Assembly: GCA_963664405.1 (NCBI GenBank)
Contig: OY761158.1
Span: 4,640,001 to 4,704,000, forward strand
Length of the DNA stretch: 64,000 bases
DNA from: Thermoanaerobaculia bacterium
Lineage (GTDB): Bacteria; Acidobacteriota; Thermoanaerobaculia; Multivoradales; Multivoraceae
Reading direction: 5' to 3'
In this document: positions 38,317 to 50,767 of the stretch, piece by piece
Position numbering within the stretch: the first letter of the stretch is position 1
Layout of the letters: each line of letters opens with the position of its first letter
Notes under the pieces: model-generated
What the model was told of the DNA's origin: nothing
Database searches by the model: none
What the model saw: only the letters and a program-made list of their open reading frames with translations
Made by a program: the position numbers and the translations under genes

Positions 38317-39978
38317 CTAGGAGCTGGGGACCAGCCGGTAGATCGCGGTGTCGACGTCGGAGCTCAGATAGATGACGCCCGCGGAGGAGACGGCGACTCC
38401 GGTCGGGATGAAGGAGATGGGCATACCCTCGGGCACCGGCAGGCCGATCGGCAGATCCTCGGCGAGGATCTGCCGCTCGCCGCTGGCCGGATCAATCCGC
38501 GACAGAGCTCGAGCTCCTACTTCCGCCACCAGGATATGACCCTCGGTGGTTACCGCGATCCCCTCCGGTTGGGACAGGTGCTCGGCGATGACCCGCCTGG
38601 CGCCACTTTCGATGTCGATCTCGGAGATCACTCCGGCCGAGCATTCGCTCACGTACACTTTCCCAGCACCCGCCAGAGCGAGAGCTGCCGGCTCGCCGAG
38701 GCCGCTGGTGATGGTGCGTTGGATCTCCAACTCGGAGTCGACGAGCAGCAGGTCTCCGCCGCCGATCGTCGCCACCAGCCAGCTGTCGCCGCCGAGTGCG
38801 ACGACCGGTCCCGCCATCGGTAGGTCGATGGCCTTCAGAAGCTCCGAAGTCTTGCGGTCGAATATTTGAAGGGCGCTCTCGAAAAAGAACGAGATCAACA
38901 TCTTGTCTTGCCCAAGGGCGATGCCGACCGGGTTGACGGCGCCGTTTTGGTAGACGCGGACGATGTCACGTACTTCCTTGGTCGCAATGTCCACGGTCCT
39001 GTAGGAGAAGACATCGGCGACGTGCAAGATCTCCCGGCCCTCTTCTTCGATCAGGGTAAGAGCTCCTGGCAAAGCGAGCTTCCCTTCCACTACCGTGCGC
39101 GATTCCCCAGTCTCGGTGTCGATCTCGTAGATGCCGTTGTTCGCCATGTTGGTGATGAACAGGCGATCTTGCGAGTCGATGGCGAGATTGTCGAGGCTCG
39201 GGTCGACTTCGGCGACCAGAGTCTTTTCGCCGGTCACCGGATCCACTCGCCAAACCTGGCCGGGCTCGGTATCGAGCACCCACAGCTGACCCTTGGAGTC
39301 GAAGTTTGCAGCCGCGGGAACTGCGAAGCCGGAGGCGACGGTTTCGATCGTGCCCGCGTCGACGTCGATTCGAGCGATTACGCCTTTGAACCAGAGCGGG
39401 CCGTAGATCTTGCCGTCGGGTCCGAAGTCGAAGCCGTTCAGCCCACCCATGTCCTCTAGGATCTTCCTCGGTTCTGCCTCGCCCTTGGGGTCGATCTCCC
39501 ACAGCGCGTCACCATGGAAGACCTCACTGACGAAGAGCCGACCTTCTTCGTTGAAAGCGATCGAGTTGACTGCCGGAAGGCCCTCGGCGAGCACTTCGAT
39601 GGGGCCACCGGGAGACTGTGCCAGCACCTGACCGCGGAAGAGGGCGGTCCAGACCAGACGGCCCTGTGCGTCGAACTCTAGATCGTCGGCTACACCGAGA
39701 GGTGGAGCGACTCTCAATTCGACCTCGCCGCTAGCGGGATCGACGCGATAGATCGACTGTCCGACGACGCTTCCGACCCAGATCTTGTCTTCGCTGTCGA
39801 AGGTCAATCCGTGGATGCCGTGAAAGGGATTGCCCTCGATCAAGGTCTCGAGATCGTAGGTCAGATTTTGCTCGCGCGAGGGCGATGAGCTGCACCCCCA
39901 GGCGCTGAACACCAGGGCGGTGAGAAGGCCGGCGCTGGAGGCGCCTCTCAGGTTCTTTCCGACCAGCTCGAGCTTCAT
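38317..39978 (-). CDS. Double beta-propeller lipoprotein (SMP-30/NHL-like)
   Basis: Lipobox AWGC; repeated blades (ADDLEF, GLNGFDFGPDG, LDNLAID, QPEGIAV). Confidence 0.78.
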   Translation of the reverse strand: MKLELVGKNLRGASSAGLLTALVFSAWGCSSSPSREQNLTYDLETLIEGNPFHGIHGLTFDSEDKIWVGSVVGQSIYRVDPASGEVELRVAPPLGVADDLEFDAQGRLVWTALFRGQVLAQSPGGPIEVLAEGLPAVNSIAFNEEGRLFVSEVFHGDALWEIDPKGEAEPRKILEDMGGLNGFDFGPDGKIYGPLWFKGVIARIDVDAGTIETVASGFAVPAAANFDSKGQLWVLDTEPGQVWRVDPVTGEKTLVAEVDPSLDNLAIDSQDRLFITNMANNGIYEIDTETGESRTVVEGKLALPGALTLIEEEGREILHVADVFSYRTVDIATKEVRDIVRVYQNGAVNPVGIALGQDKMLISFFFESALQIFDRKTSELLKAIDLPMAGPVVALGGDSWLVATIGGGDLLLVDSELEIQRTITSGLGEPAALALAGAGKVYVSECSAGVISEIDIESGARRVIAEHLSQPEGIAVTTEGHILVAEVGARALSRIDPASGERQILAEDLPIGLPVPEGMPISFIPTGVAVSSAGVIYLSSDVDTAIYRLVPSS

Positions 39979-40100
39979 TGGCGTCGTTTCGAGACGGAGT
40001 GTGAATGTTAGAGTATACCTATCGGTCTACTTTTTCGGGGTCGGTGCAGGACTGCTTGCTCGAGGCCCTCGCGCAGCACCTGAAGGGGCTCGGAGCGACG

Positions 40101-40916
40101 ATGCAGAATTTGCGATTAGGGGAGAGATACGGTGCGCTTGCGGTTGTGACGGGCGCGTCGAGTGGGATCGGTGAGGCCTTTGCGCGCCGCCTAGCTGCAG
40201 AAGGGATGGACCTCGTGTTGGTGGCGCGACGGTCTGAACGGCTCGAGACACTCGCCACGGAGCTGATGAAGGCCCATGGCATCTCGGCTCACGTTCTTCC
40301 AGTGGATCTCGGCGAGCGGGAGGGGCCGTTGAAGGTCGCCGCTTTTCTCGAAAAGAGTGATCTCGAGCTGGGTATGCTGGTTTCCAATGCGGGCTTCGGC
40401 ACCTACGGTGAGTTTCTCGACCAGGATCCCGACGAGCAGCTTCGCATCATCGAAGTCAACAACCGCGCCCCGGTGGCCCTGGCGTGCTCTCTTGCCCAGG
40501 GGATGGTGGCCCGCAAGCGCGGAGCGATGGTATTTCTGTCGAGCACGGCCGCCTACCAGCCTGTTCCTTTCGAGGCCGTTTACGGAGCCTCGAAGGCTTT
40601 TAATTTGATGTTCGGCGAGGCCCTGTGGGCGGAGCTCGGTCCGCGGGGTATTGACGTCATCGTGCTCTCTCCCGGTTTTACTCCCACCGAGTATCAGGTC
40701 AAGGCGGGTATGGGGAACCCCAAGCCGGTGACCGGTTGGACGACGCCCGCGGAGGTTGTCGAGGCCGCTCTTCAGCAGCTGGGGCGGCGCCCCTCGGTGG
40801 TTCCCGGCTGGCGCAACCGACTCATCATCCTCCTGATGAGGGTACTGACTAGGAGTGGTGCTGCACGGTTGACCTACAAGGTCAACAACCCCAAGGGCCG
40901 GGAGGAAGCTCGATGA
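40101..40916 (+). CDS. Short-chain dehydrogenase
   Basis: TGASSGIG, NAGFG, YGASK. Confidence 0.92.
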   Translation: MQNLRLGERYGALAVVTGASSGIGEAFARRLAAEGMDLVLVARRSERLETLATELMKAHGISAHVLPVDLGEREGPLKVAAFLEKSDLELGMLVSNAGFGTYGEFLDQDPDEQLRIIEVNNRAPVALACSLAQGMVARKRGAMVFLSSTAAYQPVPFEAVYGASKAFNLMFGEALWAELGPRGIDVIVLSPGFTPTEYQVKAGMGNPKPVTGWTTPAEVVEAALQQLGRRPSVVPGWRNRLIILLMRVLTRSGAARLTYKVNNPKGREEAR

Positions 40917-40970
40917 CCGTCAGTGTCGAATCGTGGCCGGCTCGATCGTCTGAGTTGTAGGAGGAAAGAC

Positions 40971-41489
40971 GTGAAGAGAATCAAGATTCTTATCGCCGGA
41001 GTCGCCATCGCCACCCTTGCGTCGACTGCGTTCGCACAGTCGCCGCTGACAGAGAACACGCTCAAGTTCGCAGAGGGGGGCGCTCGGGTTGAAGCGGGCC
41101 TCGACAGTCTGTCCTGGATGGCTGGTTCGTGGGTCGGCGAGGGGCTGGGCGGAACGGTCGAAGAGATGTGGTCGCCACCCTCGGCTGGAACGATGGTCGG
41201 GACTTTCAAACTGATCCAGGAAGGCCAGCCTGTCTTCTACGAGTTCTTCGTCATCACCGACGAAGACGGGTCGCCGGTGCTCAAGCTGAAGCACTTCAAC
41301 CCGGACATGGAGGGCTGGGAAGAGAAGGATGGCTTCGTTACCTTTCGGTTGATCAAGGCGGATGACAGTGCGGCCTATTTCGGGGGGCTCACTTACCGTC
41401 GAGTCGGCGACGATGGGATGAAGGTCTTTCTCGCCATGCGTCGCAAAGGAGAGCTCGAAGAGGTCAGCTTCGAGTTCGAGCGCCGCTAG
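40971..41489 (+). CDS. Secreted DUF6265-like protein
   Basis: Signal peptide; LSWMAGSW..EEMWSPP..TMVG..LKHF..WEEK. Confidence 0.72.
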   Translation: MKRIKILIAGVAIATLASTAFAQSPLTENTLKFAEGGARVEAGLDSLSWMAGSWVGEGLGGTVEEMWSPPSAGTMVGTFKLIQEGQPVFYEFFVITDEDGSPVLKLKHFNPDMEGWEEKDGFVTFRLIKADDSAAYFGGLTYRRVGDDGMKVFLAMRRKGELEEVSFEFERR

Positions 41490-41815
41490 TTACCACAGCC
41501 GGTTGCGATCGCGAGGGCCTTGCAGACAGCTTTCATCTCTTCGGAAGGCAGCGTTCCGATAAAACGTCGAAGGCGGCTCTTTTCGATCGTCTGGACGTGG
41601 TCGAGGTTGACGACCGACTCCTTTTTCAGTCCATTCGACACCCCGACCGGAACCTCACTCGGCGCCCCTCGGATGGTCGAAGTGATGGGTGCGACCATCA
41701 CCGTGTGGAGGTAGTCAATCACCTCCTCCCTAGTGAGGATCACGACAGGGCGCCGCTTGTCCGGGGAGGAAAAGGTATACATCCAGATCTCACCGCGGCT
41801 TATTCGTCGGGCCAC
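41486..41815 (-). CDS. mazF: MazF/PemK-family toxin
   Basis: RGEIW..DKRRPVVIL..VAPITST..GL...SVVNLD.VQTI.K. Confidence 0.9.
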   Translation of the reverse strand: MARRISRGEIWMYTFSSPDKRRPVVILTREEVIDYLHTVMVAPITSTIRGAPSEVPVGVSNGLKKESVVNLDHVQTIEKSRLRRFIGTLPSEEMKAVCKALAIATGCGN

Positions 41816-42033
41816 ACGCCCTCCTCTTCCCACCCTTCGAGGTCCGCTCCCAGCCCAGACTCCGCTCCGTAGGCTCGAGCATATTGCTCGGCAATCTCGG
41901 ACTCCCTGCGCCTCTTCAGATAGGCCGCCGCAGCTTCGCGGAGAACTGCTGAGCGACCTCGTTCCCGGACCTCCGGTCGGGAGTCGAGCTCCTCGAGGAG
42001 ATCTTCGTCGAATACAACTTGGATGGCCTTCAT
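41800..42033 (-). CDS. Ribbon-helix-helix antitoxin
   Basis: MKAIQVVFDEDLLEELD..RSAVLREA with an acidic tail; overlaps the toxin start. Confidence 0.85.
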   Translation of the reverse strand: MKAIQVVFDEDLLEELDSRPEVRERGRSAVLREAAAAYLKRRRESEIAEQYARAYGAESGLGADLEGWEEEGVWPDE

Positions 42034-42040
42034 TAAACAT

Positions 42041-42070
42041 AATATATATACATGAAATATGTATAGTCAA
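42041..42070 (-). promoter_or_regulatory. Putative toxin-antitoxin promoter/operator
   Basis: Minus strand TTGACT-N18-TATATT, enclosing the palindrome TATACAT-N5-ATGTATA (42047-42065). Confidence 0.65.
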
Positions 42071-42125
42071 TATAAACACCTCCGGGTCCGTCTGGTGCAC
42101 ATACAATCTTGGGGGGCTCGACGAG

Positions 42126-42953
42126 ATGACGACCGACTACATCCACGGATTCTCCGCACCGGAACAGGACCGCCTGACCGCGGTGCAGGAGATCCTGAAT
42201 AAGGCAGAGCTGCGAGAGCTCGATCTGGTCGGCGTACGCTCGATCCTCGACGTCGGCGCCGGGCTCGGCCAATTCACCCGCATGCTCGCTCGTGCGGCCG
42301 GGCCGAGTGCGCGCGTCGTAGGAATTGAGCGGGATTCACGGCAGCGTGTAGAGGCGCAGAGGCAGGCAGAAGCGGCTGGTGAAGCGGATCTGATCGAGCT
42401 GCGCGCGGGCGACGCCGAGCGCTTGCCGCTCGATCCGACCGAGCGAGCTACTTTCGACCTCGTGCACGCAAGGTTTCTGCTCGAGCACGTACCCGACCCT
42501 CTTGCAGTGGTACGCGAAATGGTCGCCGCGGTGCGGCCGGGTGGCCGCGTTGTGTTGGTCGACGATGACCATGATCTGCTTCGCTTGTGGCCGGCGTGCC
42601 CGCCGCTGGAGCGTGCCTGGCGGATTTACTGGGAGAGCTATCGAGATCGCGGGCACGATCCCTTGGTCGGACGCCGTTTGCCTGGGCTGCTGCACGAGGC
42701 GGGCGCTCGGGTCACGCGTGTCACCAGCATCTTCTACGGGGCTCCGCGGCACGGAGCGCTGTTCGATCTGGTCGTGGACAATCTGGCAGGCGTAATCGGA
42801 GGCGCCGCGGAGGAGCTCGATCGATCGGGGCGTCTTTCGCGCGAGGAGCTAGAGGCCGCGCTCGAAGCGTTTCAGCGTTGGCGTCAGTCGGAAGCGGCCA
42901 CGGTGTGGTACTCGCTACCAATGGCAGAGGGGCAGCGGAGCCTCCGGAAGTGA
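42126..42953 (+). CDS. Class I SAM-dependent methyltransferase
   Basis: ILDVGAGLG, FDLVHARFLLEHVPDP, RPGG. Confidence 0.92.
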   Translation: MTTDYIHGFSAPEQDRLTAVQEILNKAELRELDLVGVRSILDVGAGLGQFTRMLARAAGPSARVVGIERDSRQRVEAQRQAEAAGEADLIELRAGDAERLPLDPTERATFDLVHARFLLEHVPDPLAVVREMVAAVRPGGRVVLVDDDHDLLRLWPACPPLERAWRIYWESYRDRGHDPLVGRRLPGLLHEAGARVTRVTSIFYGAPRHGALFDLVVDNLAGVIGGAAEELDRSGRLSREELEAALEAFQRWRQSEAATVWYSLPMAEGQRSLRK

Positions 42954-43013
42954 TCGGTATCACTTCCTCCGGATGCGGAACATGGCGCCGAGGACGGCGC
43001 ATCCGGAGGCTAG
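42941..43013. repeat. REP-like two-hairpin unit
   Basis: GGAAGTGAT-CGGT-ATCACTTCC + ATGGCGCCGAGGACGGCGCAT; reverse complement of the first unit at 50240-50298. Confidence 0.85.
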
Positions 43014-44746
43014 CAGAGCTGTTCAGCCTCTTTTAGAAACGTGTCGCGCAGGGTTTTCTTGTGGATCTTTCCCGTTGCTCCTCGAGGCAATTGCTCGTCC
43101 TGGAGCCAGACGTAGCGGGGTACCTTGTAACGAGCCAGATGCTCTGCCACATGAGCGCGGATGTCGTCAGCTTCCAGGGTCTCGCCCTTCTTGGGCATGA
43201 CCACTACGGCCAGCTCTTCGCCCAGTCGCGGGTCGGGCACACCGAAGGCAGCCGCCTCGAAAACGGCCGGATGCTGGTAGATCACGCGCTCGATCTCGGC
43301 GGAGTAAATGTTCTCGCCACCGCGCAGGATCATGTCTTTCTTGCGGTCCACGATGAAGAAATAGCCCTCATCGTCCATCACCGCGACGTCCCCGGTGTGA
43401 AGCCAACCGTCTCGGATCGTCTCGGCCGTTTCCTCGGGCCGATTCCAGTAGCAGCGGATGTTCATCGGCGACTTCATCACCAGCTCGCCCTCTTCACCGG
43501 TCGCGAGGTCGTTGCCCTCGTCATCGACCACCTTGAGCTCGACAATCGGGCATGGCCGCCCGATGCTCGTCGGGCGCGATACGAGTCCCTCGTCGAAGTT
43601 GCTGGTGCCTCCGCCGTTGGTCTCGGTCATGCCCCAACCGAAGGACCAGTGCTGCTCGGGCATTCGTTCGGCGAGGCGGTCGATCATGCCGCCCGGAATG
43701 GGTGCACCACCTCCGCTGACGGCTACCAGGCTACGCAAGTCCCGTTCTTCGAGGTCGGGAGATTGGAGCATCTCCCAAGTCATGGTGGGGACTCCATTGA
43801 ACGAGGTCACACGCTCGCGCTCGATCAGCTCGAGCCCCTCTTCCGGGCTCCATTTGTACATCATGACGATCTTACGGCCGGCGGCGAAGGATGCCAGTAG
43901 CCCCGCGTGGCATCCGCTGACGTGAAAGAGCGGGAGCGGCATCAGGATCGCCGGCTGGAACTCCGGATCTTCCTGAGGCTCCGGCAAGAGACCCATGGCG
44001 ATGCGCTGAGCGCCGTAAAACCCCCAGCTGCCGAGACCGCTGAGAACACCCCGGTGAGTCGAGAGCGCTCCTTTAGGGAAACCGGTGGTTCCCGAGGTGA
44101 AGAGAATGGTCACGTCATCGTCGGCGCCGAGCTCGACGTCCGGCATCGGCTGCCCGGCGCCTTCGCGGCACAGATCTTCGATGTCGGTCACGCCGGACGG
44201 GAGGTCGCCACTCCAACGAGCACCGATTGCCTGCACCTCCATGTCATCGAGGCGTCCGGCCACACGCTCGTAGCGCTCCTCGTCGAAGAAGGCAACTCTC
44301 GAACCGCTGTCCTGGAGCCCGTACTCGAGCTCCTCTCCGGTCCACCATGCGTTGAGTGAGACCGAGATCGCTCCGGTGGAGGTGATCGCCATGAAGGCGA
44401 CAACCCATTCGGGGAAGTTGCGCATGCCGATCGCGACCCGGTCGCCCTTCTCAACGCCGTAGCGATGGATCAGTTGGTGGGCGACGGCGGCGGCGCGATC
44501 ATAGGTCTCGGCATAGGTCAGCCGAGTGTCTTCGAAGACCAGGAAGTCCTTGTCGCCGTGATCGTTCTTGCCGAGGTCGTAGAGCTCACGGAGGGAGCCT
44601 GGGAGATCGCGGAAGATGCGGTAGTCGATGCCTCGAATGGTCTCGGAGACAACGGGAAAGTCTCCGTCCTCCGCGGTGAGCTTGGCGATGGATTCCTCGT
44701 AGTTCAGTGGTGGGGTGGCAGAGTCTGTTGTTCCGTGCTCGGTCAT
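43010..44746 (-). CDS. Long-chain acyl-CoA synthetase
   Basis: FTSGTTGFPKG, GWGMTET, GWLHTGD, DRKKDMILRGGENI, PRGATGK. Confidence 0.95.
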   Translation of the reverse strand: MTEHGTTDSATPPLNYEESIAKLTAEDGDFPVVSETIRGIDYRIFRDLPGSLRELYDLGKNDHGDKDFLVFEDTRLTYAETYDRAAAVAHQLIHRYGVEKGDRVAIGMRNFPEWVVAFMAITSTGAISVSLNAWWTGEELEYGLQDSGSRVAFFDEERYERVAGRLDDMEVQAIGARWSGDLPSGVTDIEDLCREGAGQPMPDVELGADDDVTILFTSGTTGFPKGALSTHRGVLSGLGSWGFYGAQRIAMGLLPEPQEDPEFQPAILMPLPLFHVSGCHAGLLASFAAGRKIVMMYKWSPEEGLELIERERVTSFNGVPTMTWEMLQSPDLEERDLRSLVAVSGGGAPIPGGMIDRLAERMPEQHWSFGWGMTETNGGGTSNFDEGLVSRPTSIGRPCPIVELKVVDDEGNDLATGEEGELVMKSPMNIRCYWNRPEETAETIRDGWLHTGDVAVMDDEGYFFIVDRKKDMILRGGENIYSAEIERVIYQHPAVFEAAAFGVPDPRLGEELAVVVMPKKGETLEADDIRAHVAEHLARYKVPRYVWLQDEQLPRGATGKIHKKTLRDTFLKEAEQLC

Positions 44747-44896
44747 ATCCCTGTTTCTCCCGGCTGAGCCCTCTAGAAGTCCCGCATCATAGCGAGGTGC
44801 CGCGATCGAGTGAAGTGGGGAGATGCAGGACCGCAGCGACTTCGAACCGGTATAGGCTCCGCCAACATCAGATTTCTCAGAGCCGGAGAGCACTTC

Positions 44897-45904
44897 ATGG
44901 AATATCGACAACTCGGACGAACTGGGGTTCAGGTCTCGCCCCTCTGCCTCGGGACGATGAACTTCGGCGGAGTCACTCCAGAGGACGAGTCGATACGGAT
45001 CATCGAGCGCGCCTTGGACGCCGGCATCAACTTCATCGACACCGCCAACGTCTACAACGCCGGTGAGAGTGAGCGCGTCATCGGCAAGGCGCTGGCGAAG
45101 GTCGGCGGGCGAGATCGACTGGTAGTGGCCACCAAGGTATTCAACCCGATGGGCAAAGATCCCAACGCTCGAGGTGGCTCCCGCTACCATGTCATTCAGT
45201 CGTGCGAGGACTCACTGCGGCGACTCGGCTTGGATCACATCGATCTCTACCAACTGCATCGCCCTGCTCTCAACATTCCTCAAGACGAGACTCTTCGCGC
45301 TTTCGACGATCTGGTGCGCGCGGGCAAGGTCCGCTACATCGGAGCTTCGACATTCCCCTCCTGGGCGGTGATGGAGGCGCTGGCGATCAGCGAGAAGTAC
45401 AGCCTCAATCGCTATGTGAGCGAGCAGCCGCCCTACAACCTACTCGATCGCCGAATCGAGAACGAGCTCCTGCCTCTGTGTGAGAGGTACCAGCTTGCCG
45501 TCATGCCCTGGTCGCCGGTCGCCGGTGGTGTGTTGACCGGGCGCTATTCGCCCGACGATCGCAAGCCAGAGGGGTCTCGGGCGGAGCGCTGGGGAGCTCG
45601 CTTCGAGACCCGAGTGACGCCGCGCGGCTTGGAGGTCGTGGCCGAGGTCGCCAGGATGGCGGCGGAGCGCGACATGTCGACCGCGCAGCTCGCTCTCTTG
45701 TGGGTGAAAGACCAGCCCCTGGTCACGGCACCCATCTACGGGCCGCGAACGGAGGCCCATCTCGAGGATGCGTTACCGGTGCTCGAGATGGCACTTGCCG
45801 ACGAGGACCGACCCCTCTTCGATGCCCTGGTCGCGCCGGGAAATGTCGTTGCTGACTTTCATGACAGCAACAACTGGATGAAGGCGCGGATCGCTCCGCG
45901 CTAG
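44897..45904 (+). CDS. Aldo/keto reductase
   Basis: LCLGTMNFG, FIDTANVY, VATK, IDLYQLH, GKVRYIG, PWSPVAGG. Confidence 0.95.
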   Translation: MEYRQLGRTGVQVSPLCLGTMNFGGVTPEDESIRIIERALDAGINFIDTANVYNAGESERVIGKALAKVGGRDRLVVATKVFNPMGKDPNARGGSRYHVIQSCEDSLRRLGLDHIDLYQLHRPALNIPQDETLRAFDDLVRAGKVRYIGASTFPSWAVMEALAISEKYSLNRYVSEQPPYNLLDRRIENELLPLCERYQLAVMPWSPVAGGVLTGRYSPDDRKPEGSRAERWGARFETRVTPRGLEVVAEVARMAAERDMSTAQLALLWVKDQPLVTAPIYGPRTEAHLEDALPVLEMALADEDRPLFDALVAPGNVVADFHDSNNWMKARIAPR

Positions 45905-45924
45905 TACTCGCCGCCGAGCCGAAA

Positions 45925-49065
<3,141 letters not shown>

Positions 49066-49151
49066 TGAAACCGTGTCCTGTCGGTGCCGCCGATCCTATC
49101 TTGGTCCGGTGGAAATCGTTCGAAGGGCGGCCCCCAGCCGAGGAGAAAACC

Positions 49152-49988
49152 ATGCGTACCTTTGTTCTTGCCGCCTTGATCATCGCCCTGGTCTCATCGA
49201 TCCCGATCGAGGCTCAGCTCCACGCCGCCAAGGAGGGGCCGATCTCGATCGGCCACCACCACTTCAACGTCAGCGATGTCGAGGCTCACAAGAAGTTCTG
49301 GGTCGATCAGCTCGGCGCCGAGGTCGCAAAGCTCGGTCCGGACGAAGTGATCAAGCTGCCCAACCTGATCGTCATGCTGCGGCAGCGCGACCCCTCCGGA
49401 AGCAATCGTCCCTCGAGCGTCAACCACATCGGCCTCCAGGTGAGAGACGTGCCGGCGCTGGTCAAGAAACTGAAGGCCGCCGGCTACCCCATCGTTACCC
49501 AGGAGCAGATTCCCACCGCGCCGGGGGATGTCAACCCCGTTCCGGACCAGAATACCAACGTCGCCTTCGTGCTGGCGCCCGACGAGATGAACATCGAGCT
49601 CTTCGAGAACAAGAAGCTCGACGTCCCGATTGCCAACCACCACATCCACTTCTACACCAGCGACATCGATGCGACCAAGGCCTGGTACGTGAAACACCTC
49701 GGTGCGGCTCCGGGGATGCGGGGGAGCTTCCAGGCCGCCGACCTGCCTGGTGTGAACCTCACCTTTTCGGCCTCAAAGGGAGAGGCGTTGCCGACTCAGG
49801 GTCGGGTGCTCGACCACATCGGCTTCGAGGTCGACGGTCTCGAAGCCCTCTGCAAGAAGCTCGAGGCCGCCGGCCTCGAATTGGCGGTGCCCTACCGCAA
49901 GATCGATGCCCTCGGCCTCGGCATCGCCTTCCTCACCGACCCCTGGGGCACCTACATCGAGCTCACCGAAGGCCTCGACGCCCTCTAG
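49152..49988 (+). CDS. Secreted two-domain VOC-family protein
   Basis: Signal peptide; HHHFNV, NHIGLQV, HHIHFY, DHIGFEV, FLTDPWGTYIELTE. Confidence 0.88.
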   Translation: MRTFVLAALIIALVSSIPIEAQLHAAKEGPISIGHHHFNVSDVEAHKKFWVDQLGAEVAKLGPDEVIKLPNLIVMLRQRDPSGSNRPSSVNHIGLQVRDVPALVKKLKAAGYPIVTQEQIPTAPGDVNPVPDQNTNVAFVLAPDEMNIELFENKKLDVPIANHHIHFYTSDIDATKAWYVKHLGAAPGMRGSFQAADLPGVNLTFSASKGEALPTQGRVLDHIGFEVDGLEALCKKLEAAGLELAVPYRKIDALGLGIAFLTDPWGTYIELTEGLDAL

Positions 49989-50151
49989 TGTCCCGTGCGG
50001 GAAGTTCGTTGCCATTCGAGCGCCGATGCATCCCGCTGGGCGGCGTTGCTCCTCGTCGACAGAGTCCCAGCTATGCCTGCCTCGGAGCGCCTTGCCCAGC
50101 GGGCGCCTCGACGCTCTCGGTGGTCAACGAACTTCCCACACGGGACACTAG
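49985..50151. mobile_element. MITE-like palindromic element
   Basis: CTAG-TGTCCCGTGCGGGAAGTTCGTTG ... CAACGAACTTCCCACACGGGACA-CTAG (23-bp IR, one mismatch); no credible ORF. Confidence 0.8.
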
Positions 50152-50239
50152 GCGCGTTCCTCCGGCAAGTCCTGCGTGGCTGCTTTAACGAATGCTTGAG
50201 TCAGACCGGTCTCTTCCGGCTAGCCAAGCCGGAGGTTCC

Positions 50240-50433
50240 GAATGCGCCGTCCTCGGCGCCATGTTCCGCATCCGTAGGAAATGATAGCGATCATTTCCGT
50301 AGAATGCGCCGTCCTCGGCGCCATGTCGATGTAGCCGTAGGAAGTGATACCCATCACTCCCGTAGAATGCGCCGTCCTCGGCGCCATGTCGATGTGACTC
50401 AAGGCAGTGATATTCATCACTGCATTGAGTCAC
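50240..50433. repeat. Three tandem REP-like two-hairpin units (62-63 bp period)
   Basis: GAATGCGCCGTCCTCGGCGCCATGT at 50240, 50302 and 50365, each followed by a TGAT-N4-ATCA hairpin. Confidence 0.9.
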
Positions 50434-50693
50434 CCGATGATCTCGGTTACACCCTCGTCATCGACGACCGGCGTCACCTCGAAGGTGAGAATGTCGGTCC
50501 AATCTTGCATCCACTTGCCGATTGCGACTGCGTTGGCGGACTCGGCGATGAGGTATCCCTTGAGGCCCGCAGCCATGTGCCAGCGTCCGATCATCGTCAC
50601 TCCTTCGCCGGGCATTCCTCCGGTCTCTTTGAAGCGCTGCTGGGCAGTGTTCCGGGCCGCGGGGCCGAACTGATAGGTGATATGAAAAAGCAT
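50430..50693 (-). CDS. DUF3303-like small protein
   Basis: RFKETGG..EGVTMIGRWH..G..IAE..W..W.D..FEVTPVVDD. Confidence 0.8.
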   Translation of the reverse strand: MLFHITYQFGPAARNTAQQRFKETGGMPGEGVTMIGRWHMAAGLKGYLIAESANAVAIGKWMQDWTDILTFEVTPVVDDEGVTEIIG

Positions 50694-50767
50694 CTTTGTC
50701 CCTCCTCGTTTGTGGTGAAGGTCGAGTGTAGACTGTTGTCCTGTCTGAAAGAAAGAGAGGTGGAGAG

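Noticed and set aside
50240-50433. Possible CRISPR array (25-bp repeat, 62-63 bp period)
   Set aside because: There are only three repeats. The spacers resemble each other and are themselves hairpins, the same units are dispersed elsewhere in the window, and no cas genes are present.
49995-50433. ORFs with repeated peptides (HFRRMRRPRRHVDV)
   Set aside because: They are translations of the MITE and the REP array.
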